Below, one piece after another: positions 26,663-38,473 of a DNA stretch of 60,000 nucleotides. Position 1 is the first letter of the stretch; every line of letters begins with the position of its first letter. Made by a program: the position numbers and the translations under genes. The notes below the pieces were generated by a model. It was not told the DNA's origin. It saw only the letters and a list, made by a program, of their open reading frames with translations, and did no database searches. Origin of the DNA: Lama guanicoe (taxonomy: Eukaryota); assembly GCA_013239625.1 (NCBI GenBank), contig MU054187.1:5219757-5279756 (forward strand), written 5' to 3'.

Positions 26663-27235
26663 GTCTTTCTCTATCTGACTTATTTCACCAAGAATGATAC
26701 CCTCCAGGTCCATGCTGTTGGAAATGGAAAAATTTCATGTCATAAATTAATTGACCATATATGTGTGGGTTAATTTCTGTGCTGTCTATGTTGTTCCGTT
26801 GATCTTTGTATCTGAATTTATGCCAGTACCACATTGTGTTGATTATTATAGCTTTGAAGTGTAATGTGAAACCAGGGAGTGTGATGCCTCCACCTTTGTT
26901 CTTTTTTCTCAAGATTGTTTTGGCTACTCAGGGGTTTTTCTGGTTCCATACAAATTTTAGGATTATTTATCCTATTCCTTTGAAATACACCATTGGAAAT
27001 TTGACAGGGATTGCACTGAATCTATAGACTGTTTTGTGCAGTATAGACATTTTAACCATCTTGACTCTTCCAACCTGTGAGCACAAAGTATCTTTCCATC
27101 TATTTGCATCTTCTTCGGTTTCTCTCATTAATATCTTGTAGTTTTCAATGTCCAGGTTTTACCTCCTTGGTTAAATTTATTCATAGGTATTTTATTCTTG
27201 TTGATGCAACTATAAATGAATTGTTTTCTTTATTT
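26663..27235 (-). mobile_element. L1 ORF2 fragment (region C-terminal to the RT domain) joined to a piece from the ORF2 end/3'UTR
   Basis: ORF 26685..26912 translates [31 protein letters not shown]...[13 protein letters not shown]. This matches the L1 ORF2p motif KKNKAGGITLPDFKLYYKA...WYWHK...YGQLIFD. Confidence 0.9.
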
Positions 27236-27974
27236 CCATAGCTTCTTAACACATAGAGAGAAAGCAAAATTACTTGGTATTAAAACCATTTTCTATTCTA
27301 AAATAATTGCAAGCAAATTGAACAGTAACAAACAGATGGATACTAAAGGGAAAGGCTTCCCAGACTCTGAAAGAGCTTGTTGGGTGGCAGCCACACCTCT
27401 GGTAACAGCCTCAGGCATGCGAGGCTGAGCCAAGGCACCTGAATTTCAATGTGCGTTGTGGATGCTCTGTAGCTTGTCTCTTGATGCTGTGACCTGCAAA
27501 AGTTAAAAAAAAAAAAAAAAAGCTTGTTTTTCTAAAAGGGAGGAGAAATTACTCATATATGTTTTTCTTTTTCTAGCATTTCATTCATTTTCTGGTTATA
27601 AAAGCACCATATACTCATTGCAGGGATATGGAAAATATAGACAAAAACAAATAAGGGGGGAACCCTCCTTTCATTCTGTCACCAAAGGCAAACTGATTTA
27701 GTTCTGATTCTCCCTTTATCTTATGTCCTCAAAAGAGTTTTCTCTTCTGTCTCTAAATCCTACCTTCGCATTCTCCCATGAGCCCAATCCAATCACGTTT
27801 GCACCACCTTCTGAACTGCTGGGGCTCAAGTCACAAAGGAACTTTCCAATTCTAAATCCAGTGACCAGGCCTCAAGCAGGATTTGAGACATTTGTTAATT
27901 ACTTCCCTCTTGAAATTTTCTTTTGAATCCCAAGACACCACTGATGATGCATCTTTCACTATTGTTAATGGTGA

Positions 27975-30900
27975 AATGTAATTTTTGTTTTCTCTCGTTT
28001 TTTTCCTTTTGATCAATCCGTATAAAGTGTATTGTTTCTATTAATCTTCTCAAAAAATGTGTTTTTGGTTTTGCTGACTTTCTCTAGAATTTTTTTATTG
28101 CACTGATTTTTTAAAGTTTTATGATTTCTTTTATTTTGCTTATTTTAATTTGGTTTTCTTTTTCAAATTTCTTAAGGTGGAAATTGAAGTCAGTGATTTG
28201 ACATTTTTACTTTTTTCTAATATAAATATTGAATACTATGACTTTCCCTGTGAGTACTGCTTTAGCAATATTCTATTGATTTTGAAATACTGTGCTTTTG
28301 TTTTCACTCAGTTCAAAATATGTTCTCTTTTTCCCTTTTGATTGTTTTAATTTGATGCAAACATTATTGAGCAGTGTTCTTTAGTTTTCAAATACTAGAA
28401 GATGTTTCAGATATCTTCCCGTCAACACTTTCTAATTTAATTCCATTGTAGATAGGGAAAATACTTTGACTCCAATATTTTAAATACATTAAGACTTTTT
28501 TGTGGTCACAGATATTGTTTATCTTGTAAATATTACATATGTACTTGAAATAAATGCATATTCTGTTGTTGGTGGGTGGAGAGTTCTATAAATACCAAGT
28601 AGAGCAAATTGATCAATAGTGTTATTAAACCTTCTGCAGCCTTACAGATTTTCTGGCTACTTATTCTATCTGACATTGAAAGAAAGGTGTAGAAATCTTT
28701 GACTATAATTCTGTCTCTTTATACCTCTGCACAGTTTTATCAATTGTTTGCTTCCTGTATTTTGAAGCTCTGTTATTAGGTGCATAAATGTTTAGAGTTA
28801 CACAGTTTTGATGAGTAGACTCTCTTACTATGTTATGACATTTATCCATCATAATATTTTTTCCTCTAAAATCTACTTTGCCTCTTCAGCTTTCTTTTGA
28901 TTAGTGTTTTCATGGTTTCCCTTTCCATCCTTTTATTTCTTTAACTTTCAGCCTATTTGCATCTTTAAACTGTGCTTCTTTTATGTGGCATATAGTTGAG
29001 TCTTCCCTTTTCTATTCAATCTGAGATTTGTCTTTGAATTAGCTTGTTTGGATCATTTTAATTTCTTTGATTATTGATATGGTTAGTTTTAAGTCTAATA
29101 TCATGCTATTTGTTTTCCACTTTTTCCATTTATTCTTTGCTCATTTTCCCTTATTGCCTTTCTTATAGATTGGGTATTTTTATGATATTTTCTTCCTATT
29201 TTATTATTTCGTTGGTGTATTGCCATAACTTACTGTCCTATTATTTTAGTAGCTGCTTTAAAGTTTATAATCCATATCTTTAACACATTCTATTTTCAAA
29301 TATTATTTAAAATATCATATATAGTTCAAGATCCTTATACTAGTGTATTTTATTTCTCCTCTTTGTGCTATGATTGTCATACCTCATACCTTCCCATATG
29401 TTTAAACTCCACAATACTATGTGATTATTTTTGTTTAAGCAGCCAATTATTTTTAAAATTGATTGAACTATTTAAAAATGTTTATATATTTATCCAAGTA
29501 GTTGCCATTTGTGTGTGTATTTTTGGGGGGTAGATCCATACTTCCATCTCATATAATTTTCTTTCTTCTTGAAGGACTTTAATATTTTTGGTGGTGTAGG
29601 TTTGCTCTAGAAAGTTTTTATTTTGCATTTGCTTTGGAAAGATGTTTTTGCTGGGTATAGAGTTATAAATTGAAAGCTTTCTTTTTCATTACTCTGAAGA
29701 TGTAGCTTCACTGTTTTCTTGCTGTCATCATTTCTGATGAGCAATATGCTAATCTCATCTTCTTTCTTGGTATGTAAACTTTTTTTCTCACTGATTTTAA
29801 GAATTTCTCTTTATCGCTGATTTTGAGTAATTTGATTATGCAGTGACTTGATGCAGTTTTCTTCATGTTTCTTATACTTGGTTCAATTAATCTTGTTGGA
29901 TCTGCAGGTTTGTAGCTGTCATCAAATTTAGAAAATTCCTATTTTTTTCAAGCAACTTTTCTGTTCTTTACTCTCTCTTCTTTATTCAGTTACATGTAAA
30001 TTATGTCATTTAAAGTTGTCCCACAGCTCATTAAATTCTTTTCTTATCTCTGTATTTCACTTTGGATTGTTTATATTGCTAGAGTATTAAGATTAGTAAT
30101 CTTCTCTTCTGCAATATCTACTCTGCCATTATTCTTATGCAATATATTTTTCACCCCAGACATTGAAGTTTTTCTCTCTAGATGTTTAATTTAGTTCTTT
30201 CTTAGATCTTCCATGTTTCTTCTTAATGTTTCAAACATTTGGAATCTAGTTAAATTAACTGTATTAATGTGCTTATTTGTTATTCCTAACATTTACATAA
30301 CTTTTTAAATGATGCATAGTAGACTTACAATATTATATTAGTTTGAGATGTATAACATAGTGATTGTACTCCATATAAAGTTATTATAAACTATTGTCTA
30401 TATCCCCCGTGTGGTACATTACATCCTTGTAACTTACTTATTTTATATCTAGTAGTTTGTACCTCTAACATTTATGTAACTTTTTGATTGCTTTTGATCA
30501 GTTTCTTTTTCTCTTCATTATAGGTAATAATTTCTTGCTTGGCTGCATGCCTGGAAAGTTTTCATTGGATGCCAGACATTGTGAATTTTACTTTTTGAGT
30601 ATTGAAAATTTTGGACCTCTTATAAATATTCTTATGCTTAGTTCTCAGTCAATGTCAAGTTACTTGAAATAGTTTGATTCTTTCAGGCTTTGCTTTGAAG
30701 ATTAGGTGGGCCCAGTGTAGTGCTTAGACTGGAGCTCATTATTTTCCACTGCTGAGGCAAGAACTGCCTGTGTACTCTACCCAGTGCCCCAAGAATTTCT
30801 GTAGTTTGGTTGGTGGGAACAAACACTATTCTCTGTGCTGCTGGGTACCGTTTTTTCCAATCTTTTCAGGTGGCTCTTTCCTCAGTGTCAGGTAGTTTTA

Positions 30901-31500
30901 TCATAGGCATGCACTGATCAATAATCAAAGGAGACCACTGATCACTACTTAATGGGAATCTCTGGAATTCTCTGTCTGCAATAGCTTTCCTCTCCTCTAA
31001 TCTGTCCTGATAACTCTGACTTCCTTGATCTCCTGGATTTCAGTTCTGTCTCAACTCAGGAAATCCACTGGATTCAACCTGAGTGAAATCTCCCTGGGCT
31101 GTTGCCCTGAAACTCTCTCCAGGATGTAAGCTATGGGCAATCATATGGCTCGTGTTGTTTATTTCCCATCCCTCAGGGATCACTGTCTTTTGTTGCCTGA
31201 TGTTCTGTGTCTTGAAAAGTGTTGTTTCATACATTTTGTCCAGTTTTTTGGTGGTTTTGTTTGGGACTACATATCTGGTTCTTGTTACTGCATCATGGTT
31301 GGCAACACGAGCTTTTGTTCATTGTTAAATAGAACCTTTTAGTAGCTTTATTTCATTAGAGTCAGAAAGTATGCCCCTATGAGTAATGTTTTTTATATTT
31401 ACCGAGACTTTATTTTTGCCCTAGCTAGTATGTGGTTAATTTTTTATTGGATTTTCCTTTGGTATTTGCAAGGGAGGAATATTTGTCATTTGTAGGTTAT
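27975..31500 (-). mobile_element. Long decayed L1M element(s) (ORF2 N-terminal part, ORF1 region, 5' region)
   Basis: Continuous antisense L1 signatures: 'ttcctgtattttgaagctctgttattaggtgcata', 'gatgtttttgctgggtatagag' and 'ttggatgccagacattgtgaatttta'. Confidence 0.8.
30307..30464 (-). mobile_element. Short L1 3' end nested in the older L1
   Basis: 'tacaatattatattagtttgagatgtataacatagtgatt...tagtagtttgtacct'. 21-bp TSD ctaacattta(ca/tg)taacttttt at 30286-30306 and 30465-30485. Confidence 0.8.
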
Positions 31501-31974
31501 TAAATTTTTTATATAAAGATTTAGTGTTTGGCTACTTTTTTCTGAAATAAAATTAGGAAAAGCACATGTTTACAAAAGCCAAAGAGATTAAAATAATAAA
31601 ACGAGAAGTAAAATTTCTTTTTCATTGGTTTAATGTATGACCAGGCCTTCTCCCCAAATTAAGTATTATTGCATTTTTCTGTACTTCTTTTATGCATTTA
31701 CTAGTCAAGTTTTGGTATATCTGTTTAGCTCACTGTATTATATTTGTTTATCTAGTTTCTTTGATTAAAATAGCACATAAATCATTCTTTATGATTAAAT
31801 GTGGGTGTGTAGCTTATTGCATATTAAATATTATTTATTGATTAAATTCCTTTGGGACTTTATTAAATTATCAAATTGAGATTTTTCTGATTTCCTTCAT
31901 GATGCTGAAACAGATCTAGGTTCTCAGTTTGTGTTTTCAAATTAGGCAAAGAAAAATATTCTGGAAATAGGCTC

Positions 31975-32120
31975 AAGGAACATAGATTTTGGTCTCATCA
32001 GGCTCTTCTAAGCTCTGTGTTTATGTGCAAGTCATTTCGTCCTTCTGAGCCTTAGTTTTCCCATCTGTCATTAAGTTATATTGAATTAGATACTATCTAA
32101 TATTAATGCCAACTGTGAAA
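31975..32120 (+). mobile_element. MIR fragment
   Basis: 'gtgcaagtcatttcgtccttctgagccttagttttcccatctgt'. Confidence 0.65.
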
Positions 32121-33499
32121 TTTGAATTACATACTTATGTCTCTTCTTTAGGTCATTATAAACACACACTTTTGTTGGAAGCCTGGCCTGTCACTGGTAG
32201 GTGACCATAAGGGGACATTTGCTTAGCTTTCATGTTCACCAGGGTCTTAATTTATATTTGATGTTATTGCCAAGTGATGTTAGGCATTATTGTAGAGAAA
32301 CTCTGACAGAAATGAAAAAATGCTAATCATAGAGCTTTATTTTCTCCTCCCCTCTCTAGACCACACTCTTTTGTAAGTTATGATGTATTCTTAATCAATG
32401 TTATGACTATCCTGTGAAAAGCATATGTATATTGCATTGCATTTTTATGCTAAAATGTTAATTTGTTAAATGCAAATGTTTACACTCTGCTACAACTTTT
32501 GAAACTCTGTTTTGAGGTTTCTTCATTTAATTTTTAATTAATTGTGAGCGTAAAAATCTAAGTTACCCGATTCTCTCTTGACTTGAGAGTGTATTTGGCA
32601 TATGTGCATTGTTAGTATTAAAGCTAATACGTAGTAATACCTCAGTTAAAGGGCTTAGATGGGCCCTTACAATCCTGCCAGCTGAGGCTGTATTTTGAGT
32701 TTGTTTTCCTTCTTGTACGCACACGTACATATGGTCGGCCTGAGATAATGAGATTCTTCTCAACTTAAGCTGCCTGTAGTCAGACATATGAACAAAACAC
32801 CTCCATATAATTTGCCTTCCTTAGTGCCGTTTACATGGGAGATGTGTTTTGATTTGCTTTTGTGTCGCAAATACTGCGTTATCTGGGCCAAAAACATTTC
32901 ACCGTCGGAATTAGAGACTGTAAGCACAGCTGATTTTTCAGAGTATTTTGGGCAGCTGCAGAATTCTGATGACTATCCACCAGGCACTTCATCTCTTCCT
33001 GCCCAAACTGAGTCACTATCTACTTTCAGTCTAACTTTATATAAGAAGAGTCATCTCTTTCCTACTGATGAAAAAAAGTTACCAAACCAAAACTAAACAG
33101 AATAGGAGCTATGTCTCATGAAATATAAAGCTAATGAAAAAGAGCTTTATATTTAAGAGATGCCTAGATAATTTTGAAATGAAGCCAGTACCCATCCATG
33201 TATCTTTGGGTCCGAGGTTCGTCCTTATAAATTCCATCAGAAATTGTTATTTATTTCGGAAGAATGAAATATGGCTAGATATTTTTCTGTCATTACAAAA
33301 ACATATGGGAGACATGTACGTTCCAGACGAGGACATGAGGGAAATTAATACCTGATTTAAACAGGCAGTACGGAGACACTGAATCTGAGATGGTAAGTGG
33401 TAATTCTGGCTAACTTCAGAGACTGCCCATGAAAACACTTTCTAAAGTTTCCTTCAGAGGTTACTATATAGCTTCTCCCGTTTGTTAAGCAGTATATTA

Positions 33500-33670
33500 G
33501 TTACTTTGAGAAAGTGAGCTTATTTTATACTGCTAAAAATCCTGTACTAGTGTTATTAATCCCATGTCATAAAACCAAGGCTTACAGGACAAGTGATACA
33601 GCTGGAAAGGGGAAAAGTCCTGGATTTTAATCCTGCCCGACTTGAGGCAGAAAGTCTGTGCTTTCCACCT
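33500..33670 (-). mobile_element. MIR fragment
   Basis: 'tgttattaatcccatg...aaaccaaggctta...gatacagctggaaaggggaaaagtcctggattttaatcc'. Confidence 0.5.
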
Positions 33671-35384
33671 GAGACGTGCCCTCCCCTCCCCCAGGAGTTA
33701 GCTGTCTTGATCTGCTTCCCCATCACTCTTCCCAGCAGTCCCTCGCAGGTGAGGACTGGGGCTCATTCGGACGTGACCAATTGCTTACTCTTGAATGACC
33801 CAACGTCCTTCTGCGGATTCAGTGTCACCTGTCCACTCCCAGGGCCCCACGTTAGCATCTGACCCCACCTGTCCTTCCTGGGAAACGGCCCGAGATAGGG
33901 CACACTGTTTTCTTCCCTCCCCTGCCCCCAGCACACTCACACACACTCAACTCAAAGTTACCTTCTCAGTTTACGGAGCTAATTTGACTTGGGATGAAAT
34001 GTTACTGGCTCACATCACCCAGATGATTGCTGCTTCCTTTCCCCCGATCTGCACACCACCGCAGGCCTGCTGAGGGCAGTGCTTGAACTTGGCCCTTCCC
34101 AAAGTGTTTTGAGGAACCAGTCCATTGTAGAGCGATAGTGAATCTTGCGGTCAAGGAATTATGGAAACTATTGGTTACATAAAGTTTAACGGGGCCAGAG
34201 TCTTTAATGTGCTACCTGCTTTATTAGTTTCCAAGGGAGAAAGTTAGTGTGCCGAAGGCCCTCGCTGTATTTGGCCACATGTGTTTCTTTTTCCAGAGCC
34301 TTAGGGAGGGTAGTTTTCCATGCAAGACACACTTAACATTGTTGATTTAAACGAAAGAACTGGTGGGAATTCCCTGAGCCCTTGAGAGGTGCGTAGGGAA
34401 CACGCTCTGGGAAGGTGCTCCCTTTGTAATATTTAAGTTGATATCAGATTAGTGGTACCTGTCCATAAGGTTGCCCCTATTTCTGACACTGTCCTTAGTA
34501 TCAAACCGGGTGGTCCTTTCAGGGGATGCTTCACAGGGTAGACGTCATCCCGGGATGTGTGAGTGCCCCGGCTGGAGGCAGGGATGGGAAAGTGAGAGCA
34601 GGAACCTGAAACCCAGGAGAGAGGCTGAATCCACGACTGAGGTTCAAAACACAGGTGTGCACCTATAGTCACTGATTGAAGCAGGTGAGCGCTTTTTGTC
34701 TTTTACTTCTTTGTGGAAAAGGTGAGTCCTGAGCTCAATTTTAAAGGAGAGGAGACTTTGGCAGAAACGTGCTAAGAAATCTTCCAGGCAACGCAGGGAG
34801 CAGGCGGGAGTGGAAACAGTGAGTCACATCCTGGAGAGAGCGAACAATGCATTTCTGTTTCCTCGGTCCAGGCAGGTCTAATCAAGTTTATTCTCCTTTA
34901 TAGGAGAAGGGAAAGGATGGGGAAGAGGAGGACACCAATTATCTCCTAAATCTTCCCCTCTAACTCATTTGGTCCTACGTAGCCGTGCAGATTACCCCCT
35001 AAACAGAGCCATACTTTTCAAAATATTGCTGGTGGAACAACCACATTAAAATAAATGAATATTTTGTAATTCAAAATTGGGTTCTCGGAAGTTAGAAGAG
35101 TAAGAAATGATGCCCAAGAGCAGTAGCCCAGGCAGCAGAGTCTCCGAAGCCATCAGACGAGAGCTGCTTTTCACCTCTGTGCAAGGGGATCCCAGCCCCC
35201 AGAGCCGGCGGAGGTCCCCGAAGGGCCAGGTGAAGAAACAGAGGAACAGGAGCTCTCCCTCTCTTCCCTTCCCTTGCTGCCCTGCCCCATCCTGCCCTCT
35301 GGCTCCCTGTCTCCTGCCTTATTTCTTCTCACTAGGCTCTGAGCACCGCTCCCCTACGAAACTGATGCGGGTTTTCTGCCCTGG

Positions 35385-35500
35385 AGACAAACGGGCTTTT
35401 GAAAAATGTAAATTGGATCATGTCATCTCCCGTGCTCAAAACTCTTTGGTGGCTTCCTACTGCCTTTACAATAACCTTTAAACTTCTCACTGTGACCGCG
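35385..35500 (+). mobile_element. L2 fragment
   Basis: 'ttttgaaaaatgtaaattggatcatgtcatctcccgtgctcaaaactctttggtggcttcc'. Confidence 0.65.
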
Positions 35501-35618
35501 GAGCCCAGCACACCTCCCCAGACTCTCTCTCCGTCGCCTCGCCTAAGCTGAGCTGGATTTTCCACCTCCAGCTTCTACACGGAATGGTTCTCCAGCTGTT
35601 AACTTCTTCTTTGGTCTT

Positions 35619-35811
35619 TAGAGGTTGGCAAAGGGTGGTCTACGGGCTGGTTGGCTTTTGTCATGCTTTTGTAAGACCCTTGAACTAAGTAAGAATCATT
35701 GTTATGTTTTTTAAAGGTTATAAAAACATACGTGGCAGAGATCAAAGCTGGCTTGCAAACCCCAAAATATTTACCATCTTGCCCTTTACAGAAAAAGTGT
35801 GCCAACTCCTG
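35619..35811. mobile_element. hAT-Charlie MITE, MER58-like
   Basis: TIRs agaggttggcaaa ... tgtgccaactcctg. Subterminal 'aaaatatttaccatcttgccctttacagaaaaagt'. Confidence 0.85.
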
Positions 35812-38102
35812 ACTGAGATCATTTCTCCCCACTAGCCCATTCTAGAGACATCCTTTACCCCAGTACATCAATTTGCAAGCATAACCTTATTGGCGTCTTG
35901 CTCATTGTCCGCTTCTCCTCCTGCGTCTGAGGACCAGGGCCACCCTTGCAGAATCCTCGAGAGCAGAACCTGGTGCCTCACACGTGTGTCTAAATACGTC
36001 CAAGCCGCTCACTTGGATGGTACCTTTTATGGCTGGTTCTCCCTACTCACGTCACCCTCGTTTAGTTAGCACCCCCACCCTCATCCTCCTCTACGTAGTC
36101 CCAAGTAATTTCTATGTCACGAAGCCTAGTCCAGCCGTGGGACTAAAGCTCATAGCTGTGCCCTTCCAGAAGTACGTGTTTATTCAGCCAAGAATCTTGA
36201 CCACACGTCCCCAGGGTTGTGCGTGATGGAAACCCACTGTGAGCTTCACGGACTGATTAGTATTCCGGTGGGAAACCAGGAGCTGGCCCCCGTGGCATTG
36301 TGGTTCTAGGCATTCGAGTTGGGGTGGAGACCATCCTCGTGTTCATCCAGGCACTGATGATCTGTCCGGTTGAATCTTCTGTTCCTGGAGCCTAATAAAG
36401 AGGAACATTTCTGAAATTTTAGAAATTGGGTTACTGTTGATAATTGCCTCTCTCTAACCATGGAAGGTCCACGGTAATAATTCTTGGCAATGCTATTCAA
36501 AGACGACATCTGTTTAAGCTGACATTGTAAAAGTCAGATTTGCTCCATGGACACTTTATTAATTTGTTACTTTCCCTGAGCAAATGTGACGGCACATTTG
36601 TTTAAATATTTACAAACGTATGTGAATGAGAAGCAGGAGAAGGTAAAATTAAAGCCAAATAGGACACATGTTTTTGAAAGAAAGAGAGGGTTTCATTTAC
36701 TTTGTTGTCATAGGAGTAATAACTCAGTACAGAAAATGTGATCTGTTCAAACTGTGCTTCTCGTATTCATTGATTGAAAAGGGACAGTTCCATTTTCTGC
36801 AGTGCAAAACCGAGTCATTCTTATTAAAAGGTCACAGGAAACTGAGGACAAATGTCAGGCCCACAGACTGACCTATTCAGAATATAATCAGGCTTGCTTT
36901 CAAAAGACAGCATCTACATTATGAAGGGGAGAGATCTGATTGTGTTCTCTGCGCTTGGGTAATACAGTTAGTGCCGATAAGACCTTGAGACAATCTTGCC
37001 CTTCAGAAAATGAGTGTTTGCGGTGGGTGTGGATAGGCTGGAGGGGACTTCATGATGTCATGCGGCCGAGATCATCTCTTCAGCCGCTGTTTCCTTTTGA
37101 ATTATTGAATTTACCGTTCCTTTACGAGATGCACATTCTGTATTTCGAAGATAGCTTCGCTCCACTTTAATTTTCCCTTTGATTCATTCATTTCATAAGG
37201 AATGGAGGAGAAGGGTCCCAGGAACCCCGCAGCAGATCGACGGCTACCCTGCTCCAGTCATCTGTTTGCTCCGAGCCTGGATGCTGGGCAGAGGTACCGG
37301 TTCCGCCCTGCCTCCTCCCATGGTCTCCCATTCCGTTTCAAGAGACCAGCTGTAAAGGCAAGATGGCAATTCTATTTTCCTGCCAGTTCATCCTCGGCCT
37401 CGCTCCAGATTTCCAGTATTTAGGGCTTCATTTTGCTGGCTGCTTCCTTCCTTGTGTGCATAGAGCTCCCCTTGACTTCGTTATGAGAAACAGAGAGATG
37501 ATAAACTTCCATGGTAAACAGAAGGGTTCTTCACTTCCTGGGGAATTCTGCGCGTATGGAGGGATGTGGTCCAGTCAAATCAGCGCATCTCAGATCAAAT
37601 GAATAAGCACAATGGTGTCTGTGGTGCCAAGTCGGTGTCATGTGACATACGTCTAAGAGAAGGGGGACACTGGAGATGCCACTTGTGTGGTTAGTTACCA
37701 AATTAGCAACTGATGGTACCCACTTGATTTCTTAAAGCTCTTGGTTATATTCCCCATCCCACCCCCCTCATGGACTAGGATGGGTTTTTCAGCAATATAT
37801 ACACAGACATGTTCTTTAAGAAGCTGAGGTTTTTTTGTTTTTTTGTTTTGTTTTGTTTTGTTTTTTCCTTGGAAGATGGGTTACAAATAAGGCCCACTGG
37901 AGCAAATAATTTATGGAATTTTTAATATTTGCATTTCTTCATTCATTCAAAAAGCACAGCCGGTGATGTTGTATATACTTCCTCCCACTCCTGCAATGTA
38001 ATAAACAGCATCCCACACCTGGTTCTGCCAGGTAAGTGTTAGGTTCTAAGAGAGACTTTTTCAGCCATGCCTAATTAGGTGAGTCAAAATTAGAGCATGC
38101 CT

Positions 38103-38248
38103 TTTTAAGAAATTTTTTTATCTTTTAAGCTTTTGGAGGGGTAATCAGGTTTATCTATTTTTTTTTTTTAATGAAGTTCCTGGGGATTGAACCCGGGACA
38201 TCCTGCATGCTAATCACAGACTCTACTCCTGAGCTATATACCCTCCCC
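38103..38248 (-). mobile_element. tRNA-Ala-derived SINE (long form)
   Basis: 'ggggattgaacccggga...ctgagctatataccctcccc' with a 'ggaggggtaatcaggttt' extension. Perfect 12-bp TSD tagagcatgcct at 38091-38102 and 38249-38260. Confidence 0.9.
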
Positions 38249-38281
38249 TAGAGCATGCCTGTCTAAAAAATTTTTATTATT

Positions 38282-38473
38282 ATTTTTTTTATTGAAGTAC
38301 AGTTACAATGTGTCCATTTCTGGTGTACAGCACAATGCCCCAGTCATGCATATAGATATATTCATTTTCAATTCTTTTTCATTAAAGATTATTACAAGAC
38401 ATTGAATGGTTCCCTGTGCTATACAGAAGAAAATTTTAAAAATCTATTTCTATATATAGTGGCTAACATTTGC
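38282..38473 (-). mobile_element. Young L1 3' terminal fragment
   Basis: 'tttattgaagtacagttacaatgtgtccatttctggtgtacagc...gttccctgtgctatacagaagaa'. Confidence 0.85.

Noticed and set aside
26685..26912. ORF with real protein homology
   Set aside because: It is a decayed L1 ORF2 fragment, reported as a mobile element rather than a host CDS.
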